Shown: positions 26,510-38,415 of the stretch, in pieces
Layout of the letters: every line of letters begins with the position of its first letter
Position numbering within the stretch: position 1 is the first letter of the stretch
Assembly: GCA_002269645.1 (NCBI GenBank)
Contig: NIVC01000445.1
Location: forward strand, 62,001 to 126,000
Length of the DNA stretch: 64,000 nt
Direction of reading: 5' to 3'
From: Macrostomum lignano
Lineage: Eukaryota
Position numbers and translations under genes: made by a program
Notes under the pieces: model-generated
What the model was told of the DNA's origin: nothing
What the model saw: only the letters and a program-made list of their open reading frames with translations
The model's database searches: none

Positions 26510-26650
26510 CTGAAATTTCAAATCTCTGACTCTCACATCTCTGACTCTCACATCTCTGAACTTTCACATCTCTGACTCTAACATCTCTGACTCTCACATC
26601 TCTGACTCTCACATCTCTGAACTTCACATCTCTGACTCTTACCCTCTGAC
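26510..26650. repeat. 15-nt minisatellite (TCTCTGACTCTCACA)n
   Basis: Direct reading. Confidence 0.9.
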
Positions 26651-28096
26651 TAACATTGTGCTTATTTTCCTTCAAACTTCAATAAAACTTCAGTCAGTTG
26701 TGAAAGATTTATTCGACTTTATTAAAATGAGACCAAGATTGTAGAAATCGGTTTATCTGTTCCGAAATTATCGATAATTCTGTGCAGATAGTAGGGTGTC
26801 TGGTGCTGGTACACCCAGGACCCATTTCGTATTTGGGGGAATGTCACCATCCATGTCTCCAGAGTTCCTATTTTTAAGAATCATGCGGGCTTAGTCTTTT
26901 AAATCCAAATATTTTAAGTTGATAAAGTTTTATAACAGCTAGCATGAATTGAAGGGATAAACGTTTCTAGTCCAGATGATTTAGATGTTGTCCATGTGCC
27001 AGCCGATCCCTAAAGCGTCTAATTTTCAAGTTTAATCAGTCGAGAAGCTTGTGATAGCTAATGCAATTGTTATTTTTTTAGTGTACGACTCTTGACTCGG
27101 CTCTTCTACCCTCTCATTATGCTGTTGAAGAGTGGAAAAAGAGGAACCTGCTTTTAAGAGGCAGGGTAACGTGTCAGGCGGACATTGTGGTGTGTGTGTG
27201 CAGATGGAGAAGTCAGCCTCCTCTAAGTCTCAACCATGCGGTAATGCGCAGTGTAAAGTTGCCTCATCAGCGGACAAAAGCTTGGGCGCACGTGCTGGCG
27301 CCCCCCCCCATCCATATTTTGCTGCATAATTAATGCAGATAAAATAATTAGTGCCTGTATGAGTGTGTTAGGAGACCTGGCTGTGCAATGCAATGTGAGC
27401 CATGCCATATTAGTCAAACTACGAGTATTTGGCCAACAGCTCCAGTACCGATCAACAGATGAGGATTTTTGTCATCCAAAAAGCAGAATCTGCCAGCGGC
27501 GAAGTCTGAACAACAACGACAAAAGTTTCTATTTGTTGGCGCAAAGCATATCATTATATTGCAACAGTATTGGCACGTGGCTAACACATAAGTATGCAGG
27601 AACTTTATAGAGCGGCGAAGAAACTCACGAAAACTTCTGAACTGATGTGTGCTAAAATTTACCCAATAACAGAAGGTATATTCAATCACTTTGAGTTCAA
27701 CAGATCCCAGAACAATGCGTTTTCTGAGAATTTTTTGACGCTTTGAACAGTCACGGAATGGAACCAACGAGAGTCAGGTGGCGCGAGAGTCAAACACGTA
27801 GGTAAGGCTTGTGTGGTGCTGATTAGAACGCCTGTCGACTTGATTTGCAGATATTGTCAAAAGTTATATATAAAACTACAAAGTTTATCAAAAAATGGTA
27901 TGGTCACTGAGTTCGCTTCATGCGCCTGCGACTCTCCGTCCCGGATCGGGCTCTGAGAATATTGTTAGTCAGACAAGAGTAGGGGTTGGCCATCCTTTAT
28001 TGGTAGCCCAGCTGTTGATTACTTCTCGAGGCAATCCATCATTTCGATGTGTGTTTCCGTATGAAAGGCAAGGTGAAAAATTAACTGTCTCAGAGA

Positions 28097-31000
28097 TCAT
28101 CCCATGAACAGCGGTCGTGTCGGCGAAGTCCGGCCATAGAGGTGGTTGGCGGCCGGGCCGTGGCCATCGGCTTCCGCGTCGGCAATGAGGGGCAGCAAGA
28201 CGCTCGCACTGCTGATGCCGGGTGCGGCACTGCCTCCGGGATTTGCTTGGAACAGACCGTCTTGATAGTACTGCTGCTGCTGCTGCTGCTGATGTTGTTG
28301 ATGAAGCTGCGGACGCTGGATTGGGATCGGCTCCTCATCCTCTAGCTGAAACTGCTGCCTAGTCAGGTGCGGCCTGAGCTCCGCCAGCAACGCCGACTCT
28401 CCGTCCGAGTTATAAGTCGTTCCGCTGCCGCCGCCGTTGGACTGCCAGAAGGCGAAGAACGGATCGGCGAAGTCTGTCACTGGATCAACGATCGGTGGCG
28501 ACTCAGAAAGTGGCAACTGCTGCTGCTGCTGCTGGTGCTGCTGGTGCTGACGATGCAACAGCATCTGGTGGTACTGCTGGTGCTGCTGGTGCTGCTGGTG
28601 TTGCTGGTGCTGCTGGTGTTGCCCAGTCACTGCAGATGGCAGAGCGATTCTCTCGCCAATTTGCATTGGAGCTGGCAGCCGCTGTTGCTGCTGTTGCTGC
28701 TGATAATGATGATGAATCTCGTGCTGCTGATGCTGCAGCTGCTGATGGAGCTGGTGCTGCTCCAACTGCTCACGATGCTCAGCTGGCGCTGAAGCATAGA
28801 ATCCAACCGATGCTCCCAAGCCCGGATACGGAAGCATTCCGATGTACTGCTGCTGCTGCTGCTGCTGCCCGTGAGGTGCTGCCTCGGGTCCTCCGACGAA
28901 AGCCGCCGCCGCAACTACCGCGGCCGCCGCCGAAGCCACCGCCCCAGTTGAATCCGGCCGGTGAAGTAGCTGCTGCTGTAGGTGGCTCGCCTGACGCTGA
29001 GCCGTTGGTGCTGGGCGGCAGCGGCACTGGTCGATGTCGACGCGATGATATGGGCAAATTAGTGACTGATAATATTGATGATGCTGATGCTGCTGATAAT
29101 GGGCCTGCTGGTGGTTGATGGTTGATGGGGCTGTGGGCCTGCGCTTGATTTTCGCCTTCGGCTGTCGCTGTTTCTGTGGCTTCACGGCGTTCTTGACAAT
29201 CAGCTGCTGCTGTCTCTGTACCTGTTGATGCTGCGGCTGCTGTTGCTGTCTCTGTGGCTTCTTGGCCTTCTTAACAATCGGTTGTTGTTGTTGCGCAAAT
29301 TGATGCTGCACCTGCTCCCGCCGCTGAACCTAGAATAGGTTGCGAGTTCGATTCCTATCTCAAGGTAGGTAGAATCTCATGCGATCCTTTTCTCCCTGTC
29401 TCTTCCTGTCTCTCTCCCCGCCTTTCCCCTCTCCCTCCCTCAATGTCCCTGTCTCCCTCTTGCACTGTCAAAGTCTCCCACTCTCCCCTCACCACTGCGG
29501 GTACGCCGCTCTTCTTCAACAGTCTCATCCGCCTTCGAATGTCTTCAGCCGGCTTCAGATCCGGCGCCGGGTGGTCGTGTGCCCCCTTGGCTTGAAAATA
29601 GACGCAGCCGTTCAGGTGGCGCCAGAAATGCGTGACCGGGTAGCCGGAGTGGCCCCGGCAGGCCTGAAGGACCAGGGTGCCGTCGCATTTGGCGTTGGGG
29701 CACGGCTTGCCTGGAATGAAAGCAAAATCAGCGCGTCGGAAACGGGCTTTTGTGTCACAGCTGCCAGCTTTCCGCAGCTCATGATTGTCAATGTGTCCGG
29801 TTTGTGAAGTGTCCGGTTTGTGAAGTGTCCGGTTTATGAAGAGTTCGGTTTGTGAAGTGTCCGGTTTGTGAAGTGTCCGGTTTGTGAAGTGTCCGGTTTG
29901 TGAAGTGTCCGGTTTGTGAAGTGTCCGGTTTGTGAAGTGTCCGGTTTGTGAAGTGTCCGGTTTGTGAAGTGTCCGGTTTGTGAAGTGTCCGGTTTGTGAA
30001 GTGTCCGGTTTGCGAAGTGTCCGGTTTATGAAGTGTCCGGTTTGTGAAGTGTCCGGTTTGTGAAGTGTCCGGTTTATGAAGTGTCCGATTTGCGAAGTGT
30101 CCGGTATGTGAAGTGTCGGGTTCGTGAAGTTTGTGACCAGTTTCTGAAGTGACCAGTTTGTGAAGTGTCCGGTTTGTGAAGTGACCAGTTTGTGAAGTGT
30201 CCGGTTTGTGAAGTGACCAGTTTGTGAAGTGTCCGGTTTGTGAAGTGTCGGGTTTGTGAAGTTTGTGACCAGTTTCTGAAGTGACCAGTTTGTGAAGTGT
30301 CCGGTTTGTGAAGTGACCAGTTTGTGAAGTGTCCGGTTTGTGAAGTGCCCGGTTTGTGAAGTTTGTGACCAGTTTCTGAAGTGACCAGTTTGTGAAGTGT
30401 CCGGTTTGTGAAGTGACCAGTTTGTGAAGTGTCCGGTTTGTGAAGTGACCAGTTTGTGAAGTGTCCGGTTTGTGAAGTGTCCAGTTTGTGAAGTGTCCAG
30501 TTTGTGAAGTGTCCGGTTTGTGAAGTGTCCAGTTTGTGAAGTGTCCGGTTTGTGAAGTGTCCAGTTTGTGAAGTGTCCGGTTTGTGAAGTGCCCGGTTTG
30601 TGAAGTTTGTGACCAGTTTCTGAAGTGACCAGTTTGTGAAGTGTCCGGTTTGTGAAGTGACCAGTTTGTGAAGTGTCCGGTTTGTGAAGTGTCCAGTTTG
30701 TGAAGTTTCCAGTTTGTGAAGTGTCCAGTTCGTGAAGTGTCCGGTTTGTGAAGTGTCCGGTTTGTGAAGTGCCCGGTTTGTGAAGTTTGTGACCAGTTTC
30801 TGAAGTGACCAGTTTGTGAAGTGTCCGGTTTGTGAAGTGACCAGTTTGTGAAGTGTCCGGTTTGTGAAGTGACCAGTTTGTGAAGTGTCCAGTTTGTGAA
30901 GTGTCCGGTTTGTGAAGTGTCCAGTTTGTGAAGTGTCCAGTTTGTGAAGTGTCCGGTTTGTGAAGTGTCCAGTTTGTGAAGTGTCCGGTTTGTGAAGTGT

Positions 31001-34000
31001 CCAGTTTGTGAAGTGTCCGGTTTGTGAAGTGTCCGGTTTGTGAAGTGCCCGGTTTGTGAAGTTTGTGACCAGTTTCTGAAGTGACCAGTTTGTGAAGTGT
31101 CCGGTTTGTGAAGTGACCAGTTTGTGAAGTGTCCGGTTTGTGAAGTGACCAGTTTGTGAAGTGTCCAGTTTTTGAAGTGTCTGGTTTGTGAAGTGTCCGG
31201 TTTGTGAAGTGACCAGTTTGTGAAGTGTCTGGTTTGTGAAGCGTCTAATTTGTGAACCCATTCAACATTGCTGATAGACGGAAGCGTGAACTGACATGCA
31301 GAAACATTTTTCATCATCGGTGAAGCAGCAATGCTCTCACGACTGGAGCATTTCCCAGATCGGGGCCGGAAATGATTTTGTCAGCTCAAATTTCAACAAA
31401 ATTCCAGCCGGCTACCGGGCGGGGCCCCGGTGACTATCTGCTCACTCTAGAGGAGAGAAATGAGTGAGGAAAACTAAGAAGAAAATTGCCCCCAGCCGAG
31501 AAGATGGTGGGCGGGGCACCAGCGTTGCTGCTGAAGCGCAGTGCCATCCCGTTAGGCCAGGTAACCGGTAATTACCCTGCGTGATTCCCAAGCCCTTGCA
31601 GGCTCATAGGGGGAGGCGATAGATGGAGTGTCGAATCTCTCGCTGAAATGGGAACCAGCTAATTGGGGTCGCGCTGAAAGCTGAGGGGGGAGAGCAGATA
31701 TTGCAGCCATTCTTTCAGAGATAAACACTATCTATTGACTATTTTTGGGGGTTGCTAAGCTGTTGCCAGCTTGCGCGAACTCTATGAGTCCGTGAATTGG
31801 TTCATAGGCGGTTTGCTTGCGGCTACAGTTTCACGATTTGATGGAGCTGATAGCTTATGAAATTGGTGCTTAAGAAATGCTAGGTCTAGTCTATAGACTG
31901 GCTTCAAGATCTACTAGGTCTAGTCTATAGACTGGCTTTAAAATCTACTAGATCTAGTCTATAGACTGGCTTTAAGATCTACCAGATCTAGTCTAAAGAC
32001 TGGCTTCAAGATCTACTAGGTCTAGTCTATAGACTGGCTTCAAGATCTACTAGGTCTAGTCTATAGACTGGCTTCAAGATCTACTAGATCTATTCTAAAG
32101 ACTGGCTTCAAGATCTACTAGGTCTAGTCTAAAGACTGGCTTCAAGATCTACTAGGTCTAGTCTATAGACTGGCTTCAAGATCTACTAGATCTAGTCTAT
32201 AGACTGGCTTCAAGATCTACTAGATCTATTCTAAAGACTGGCTTCAAGATCTACTAGGTCTAGTCTATAGACTGGCTTCAATATCTACTAGGTCTAGTCT
32301 ATAGACTGGCTTCAAGATCTACTAGGTCTAGTCTATAGACTGGCTTCAAGATCTACTAGGTCTAGTCTATAGACTGGCTTCAAGATCTACTAGGTCTAGT
32401 CTATAGACTGGCTTCAAGATCTACTAGGTCTAGTCTATAGACTGGCTTCAAGATCTACTAGGTCTAGTCTATAGACTGGCTTTAAGATCTACTAGATCTA
32501 GTCTAAAGACTGGCTTCAAGATCTACTAGATCTATTCTAAAGACTGGCTTCAAGATCTACTAGGTCTAGTCTATAGACTGGCTTCAAGATCTACTAGGTC
32601 TAGTCTATAGACTGGCTTCAAGATCTACTAGATCTAGTCTATAGACTGGCTTCAAGATCTACTAGATCTAGTCCATAGTCTGGCCTCAAGATCTACGATT
32701 CTACTAGATCTAGTCTATACATAAAAGTCAATCAATTGAGATCTTTCTGTGTTGCCTAATATGAATATAAATATTTTTTTATATTTTAAACGTTCTAGTC
32801 ATCATGAACTAGCAAAATTTGTCATTTTTATCTAAATCGTTGTATTATCGAATCGGAACAACCGCAGATAGTCGAGACAGTGGGCCTATAAAACTTTCAT
32901 TTTTATAAAAAATCCTTGTAATTTTTGAATCGCTCTTTACTTGACCAGATTCGATCAATGTTGTGCGCTCTCCTGTACATCCAGCTGGTAGATGTGGTGC
33001 GCGCCATTTCAGATACAAATGAGTTGAAAATATTGTTAATGTTGTATTATTTTTTGAGAAAAGTGGTGGAAAATAGATTAGATCTAAAATGAATCAGATT
33101 TGGAACAGGAAACGAAAGAGAGCAGGGGAAGGGAGCGAAGATAGACGGGAAGGGAGCGCAATGGAGTGGGAAGGGAGTGGAGACAGACGGGAAGGGGTGG
33201 AATGGAGCGGGAAGGGAGCGGAGACAGACGGGAAGGGGTGGAATGGAGCGTGAAGGGAGCGGAGACAGACGGGAAGGGGTGGAATGGAGTGGGAAGGGAG
33301 CGGAGACAGACGGGAAGGGGTGGAATGGAGCGGGAAGGGAGCGGAGACAGACGGGAAGGGGTGGAATGGAGCGGGAAGGGAGCGGAGACAGACGGGAAGG
33401 GGTGGAATGGAGCGGGAAGGGAGCGGAGACAGACGGGAAGGGGTGGAATGGAGTGGGAAGGGAGTGGAGACAGACGGGAAGGGGTGGAATGGAGCGGGAA
33501 GGGAGCGGAGACAGACGGAAGGGGTGGAATGGAGCGGGAAGGGAGCGGAGACAGACGGGAAGGGGTGGAATGGAGCGGGAAGGGAGCGGAGACAGACGGG
33601 AAGGGGCGGAATGGAGCGGGAAGGGAGCGGAATGGAGCGGGAAGGGGCGGAATGGAGCGGGAAGGGCTGAAATGGAGTGGGAAGGGAGCGGAATGGAGTG
33701 GGAAGGGAGCGGAAGGGAGCGGGAAGGGGCGGAATGGAGCGGGGAGGGAGCGGAAGGGAGCGAGAAGGGAGCGAGAAGGGAGTGGAATGGAGCGAGAAGA
33801 GGCGGAATGGAGCGGGAAGGGGCGGAATGGAGCGGGAAGGGAGGCGGAAAGACAGAAGCCGTCGCTTACCGCACTGTTTTCTTCTCGCCTTGTCGCAGAT
33901 GGCCGGCCGCAGGGCCAGCGGGTTGCCGCTGGGGGCCAGACAGCCGCGGCTGCAGACCAGCACGCCGAGGCAGGACTTCTTCAAGATGCTCACATTGTGA

Positions 34001-34512
34001 TTGTTGGTGTTCCGCATCGCCCAGCCGCTGGTGTGCCGTTTGGCCTCGTCCTGCCTGCCTCCATAGGCGTAGCGGCAGGCTCCGTCTGGCCACAGCTGGA
34101 AGCTGTCGGGCACTTGCGGCTGGAGATTGCGCGGCAGTTAGGAGGAGACGACATGCAGTGTTTTTCAGCTTTGGTGCTTAATGCATGCGCTCTCTATTAT
34201 TATCTACTCGTATATATACACACACAGGCAGATGTCCACAGAGGGAAGCAGACGCACATGTGGGTATCTATCAATATATACCAACTACACTCAGACCGCA
34301 GCAGGCAAATACTTTCTCAGGGTCATACGGGCAGGCACAAGTGGAAGGGTCAGGCGGCGCGCTCTCACTGTTGGAAGCTGCGGGTCGTTGACGTCCCAGC
34401 GTCGGTCAGGGTCCAGCAGAGTCTGCAGTTTCTGCTTCTGCTTCAGTTGCTGTTGCTGCTCCTGCTCCTCCTGCTGCTCCAAAAGCAGCTGCTGCTTGCT
34501 GCTTGCAGGCAT
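28097..34512 (-). CDS. gcm: GCM family transcription factor, paralogue B; 4 exons, ~614 aa
   Basis: Exons 34512-34369, 34119-33870, 29710-29493, 29329-28097 (an in-frame acceptor 6 nt further in is also possible), GT-AG, phases 0/1/0, 1845 nt. WDVNDPQLP and the full GCM domain; poly-Q N-terminus; basic IVKKAKKP segment; poly-Q C-terminus. Intron 2 is 4159 nt. Confidence 0.95.
29800..31250. repeat. 16-nt minisatellite (GTCCGGTTTGTGAAGT)n in gcm-B intron 2
   Basis: Direct reading, ~90 units; explains the 509-aa and 395-aa ORFs. Confidence 0.97.
31880..32720. repeat. 34-nt minisatellite (CTACTAGGTCTAGTCTATAGACTGGCTTCAAGAT)n with 12-nt palindrome, gcm-B intron 2
   Basis: Direct reading, ~24 units; core AGTCTATAGACT. 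Confidence 0.97.
33130..33850. repeat. 41-nt G-rich minisatellite (GGGAAGGGAGCGGAGACAGACGGGAAGGGGTGGAATGGAGC)n, gcm-B intron 2
   Basis: Direct reading. Confidence 0.95.
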
Positions 34513-36239
34513 TTCTCTTGAGCCCTTGAGTCCTCGAGAGCCGAGAGACGCAGAGACTCGAGCCCAGAGCGCTTGAAATAAGCCAATTTTAAAAGCAACG
34601 CTTGCTATAGCTTAATCCTGCACCCGCAACCCCTTTTACACACTGCTCAGCTATAGGCAGGGGATATGGGAGGCAATGGGATATGAGTCTAAAATATGCG
34701 CGTTATTCCTGGTGCTGAGACCAGACAATGGGGGTTTCTGTAGAGCTCAATAACCCAGCCTTCCCCCCTGTTGCAGCGCGGCGGTGGCAGCGGCAACATA
34801 CGCTCGTATTAAAAAATATTCTGCCAGCCAAAACAAAGTAGCAGCAGCGCAACCCCTCCCCTCCAGCCGGGTGGGTTATCAGACAGCCAGCAGGTGGAGT
34901 GGAGGGGGGACAGGACTATCCTCCTGACATTTCCAAAGTCCTATCCAAAAAAGAAACAAATTGAAATGGTTTGCATGAGCATTGCAATGCCGTGTCTTGA
35001 GAAAGCTATGAGCGCTCAGGGTCCAGCGGAATGCGCTAATTTCCTAATCTAGACATCTGCAAAGCTATCTATGATTGTTTCATGATAAAAAACCAGACTG
35101 TGAATAAAAAGAGATGATGGTTCGATGGGTTGTAAGTGTTCACTATTTTTTTTCGAGGCACCTTCACCTTGCGGCCGGCTGTAAAAGACTCTCGCTGTCT
35201 CTCGCTGCTCTTGCAAGGTCGTGTGCCATGCGCATATTTTGTCAGTTTGAGTAAAAAAATTTCATCCTTCCTGTTTACCTCAGCCTTAGCAACTGCAGCA
35301 ATAAACTGCCTGCTCGGGCTGGTGGCTTGAGTTGTAAAATTTCCCGTGGGATTTATTGCTCGCGCATCTCTGGGGAAAATTTGCTTTCAGACTCATCCTA
35401 GAAGTTTTCTATTTTTCTCATTTCTGTCTTATTTTTCTTTTGAAGGTGTGTGGGTGTTATGCCTAGCATTCACGCAACAAGCAAATGGGGTTTTTTACTT
35501 GTTTAAAATTGAAATTCTCCTTGCACCTGGCAACGTAGGGGCTATAGAAGGATTTTTTCCTCACCAAGCCAAGACAATTTTCTTCAATATTTTCTTTTAA
35601 TTGCAATCGGCAACCGCAAGTCTTTGTGCTATGCTTCTATAATCTTTGTTTCACACCTGCCAAGGCGCTGGCGTCACCAGAGGCGACAGAGCTTGGCTGG
35701 GCAGTGGGCAGTTGCCGCATGTCTCCGCATGGCTACTGGGCCCGCTCAGGCCCTCTGGGGCAGAAGCGACCGTTTCTACCTGTTGGCGAGTCCGTGAGGC
35801 CCGTGCGCCTCACCCCCACCAACCAGCCCTCCGTTCCCTGAGGGGCGTCAAAAATTATTTTCGAGTCAAAGACGTCAAGCGGCACCTGGCGACGGAACTT
35901 CGATTCCACTAAATATTCGAGTCAGTTTTGATTTTCTGTATTGTTCCCCGGCTTGGCACAGACGGTTGAGCTCTTCAAAATCCTAGCTTCAAGTCCCACT
36001 CGGACTGTTCAATTTGGCGGCATTCAAGCTGATTCACCTGTGAGTACTCGATGATGTTGTCGGATTGAAAACATTGCGTGAGTTGGACATTGGCATCGTG
36101 TGGCACGTTGCGCATTAAAATTATAATGGCTAATTTTAGCATTGAACCGCTTCTGCTCAAACCAATAAATCTTAATTTTATGAGTGTGTCAGCTCGGGTC
36201 CAGGAATTGTCTGAGGAGTTTGTTAGTTCAGGTCTGAGG

Positions 36240-36790
36240 GCGTGTGTCAGGTCGGGTCCTAGATTGTGTCAGGTCGGGTCCTAGATTGTGTCAGGTCGGG
36301 TCCTAGATTGTGTCAGGTCGGGTCCTAGATTGTGTCAGGTCGGGTCCTAGACTGTGTCAGGTCGGGTCCGAAAGTGTGTCAGGTCGGGTACTAGATTGTG
36401 TCAGGTCGGGTCCGAGAGTGTGTCAGGTCAGGTACTAGAGTGTGTCAGTTTGGGTACTAGATTGTGTCAGGTCAGGTACTAGATTGTGTCAGGTCGGGTC
36501 CGAGAGCGTGTCAGGTCAGGTACTAGATTGTGTCAGGTCGGGTCCGAGAGCGTGTCAGGTCAGGTACTAGATTGTGTCAGGTCGGGTCCGAGAGTGTGTC
36601 AGGTCAGGTACTAGAGTGTGTCAGTTTGGGTACTAGATTGTGTCAGGTCAGGTACTAGATTGTGTCAGGTCGGGTCCGAGAGCGTGTCAGGTCAGGTACT
36701 AGATTGTGTCAGGTCGGGTCCGAGAGCGTGTCAGGTCAGGTACTAGATTGTGTCAGGTCGGGACGTAGAGTGTGTCAGATTAGATCTAGG
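36240..36790. repeat. 22-nt minisatellite (GTGTCAGGTCGGGTCCTAGATT)n, partly a 44-nt dimer
   Basis: Direct reading, ~25 units. Confidence 0.95.
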
Positions 36791-38099
36791 GAGTGTCAGG
36801 TGCAGTCGCGTCTCACACCTGCAGACTTACATCTAAGATAGTCCGATTAAATAAAAGAACGCAGGTTGTCATATCTCAGTCTGACGTCATAGTTAATAAT
36901 GTAATTAGAATAAAATATTGTTGCCCATGGCATTATTATCTACTGTTCCGTAAGCCGCACAAGATTACACAAGTCGGACAATGACGAAATCCTCTAAGGC
37001 TGTTAACAATTCCCAAATGTAGAATAGGGCCAAAAAGTGAGGAAATGGTACGTCATAACCAGCTTGCGCGAACAAAGATTTAAAGAAAACACAGAGCCGC
37101 CAAACTACTAGCGATAAGCAATCTTGCTGTCGCCAGAGCAACTGAAAAGAAACAATAATTCGGGATTATAATCGCTATAAAAATGTCACACAGGACAGGA
37201 CTATTAAAACCCTAAAGGTATTTATTTATTATTTTATTGCTAACTATTTTTAGTCTCACAGAGATTTCACGCACCGGAAAAATTTATGTAATTTAAAAAA
37301 AAATTTGCGAAATTTCAGCAAAAAATAGCTACCATCGAGGGACTGGGTGAGACCGGGGGCAAGATGAGGAGGGGTGGAGATGGAGCTGCGAGGCTTAGCC
37401 GCCTCATTAAATAAATTGTTCGCCCGAGCGAGAAAGCTAGCTTAGCTACTCAACAGCCTCATCAACCTCACCCCCACCCGAAAGTGACAACCTTTTCTTT
37501 GCTTCACCGGCCGCAGAATTCAGACAGAGTGCAGATTGCAGTCATAAATCTGCATTCTATAGCTACAGTATAATGCTATAAATTTGTGGTTTCGCTAACC
37601 CCCCCCCCCGTGCAAGGAGTGGCGCTTAAATTGCCCAGTGACGTCACTTTGATCGCGGATATCGGGGGGAGAGGTGCTCAAAACTGGGAGGCTGACAAAG
37701 ACTCGGGAACAAGGGAGATTGAGAGAGAGAGGATATGACTACAAGGGAAGGAGTAACTTCTACAAGGATACAATCACGCGAAGCCACACTTTTCCGCTTT
37801 GCTCAATCACCTAAGCTAGCATCAGACACAGCATGGGAGCAGATAGTACCCCTCAGTCAGTGTGAGCTGTCAATAATTCTTCAATGAAGATTATTTGCCT
37901 CACTCAGAGTTTTAAATTGTTTTTTTTTGCTATAGCTAATCAATTATTGATGGGTCCATTCGCCTCGTCCTAATAGTGACCTAATTCTTTCTAGTTCTTG
38001 CCTTTCTAGACAGTAACAAAGGGAAGAGGTCATCGGGTTCTTAGTTTGTATCTGGGGTATAAAAAGTCACTACAAGTGAGAACATGATCAGCTATCAGT

Positions 38100-38415
38100 T
38101 TGAATCTAACCTGAATCTAACCTGAAACTAACCTGAATCTAACCTGAATCTAACCTGAATCTAACCTGAATCTAACCTGAATCTAACCTGAATCTAACCT
38201 GAATCTAACCTGAATCTAACCTGAATCTAACCTGAATCTAACCTGAACCTAACCTGAATCCAACCTGAATCTAACCTGAATCTAACCTGAATCCAACCTG
38301 AATCTAACCTGAATCTAACCTGAACCTAACCTGAATCCAACCTGAATCTTACCTGAATCTAACCTGAATCTTACCTGAATCTAACCTGAATCCAACCTGA
38401 ATCTAACCTGAATCT
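38100..38415. repeat. 11-nt repeat (AATCTAACCTG)n, copy 1
   Basis: Direct reading. Confidence 0.95.

Noticed and set aside
29344-29355. B-box-like GAGTTCGATTCC in gcm-B intron 3
   Set aside because: No A box or cloverleaf upstream (that sequence is gcm-B exon 4); isolated 12-mer.
29788-31317. 509-aa and 395-aa ORFs (TSQTGHF repeats)
   Set aside because: Stop-free frames of a 16-nt minisatellite inside gcm-B intron 2.
33166-34521. 451-aa and 334-aa plus-strand ORFs
   Set aside because: Antisense to gcm-B exons 1-2 plus the G-rich array.
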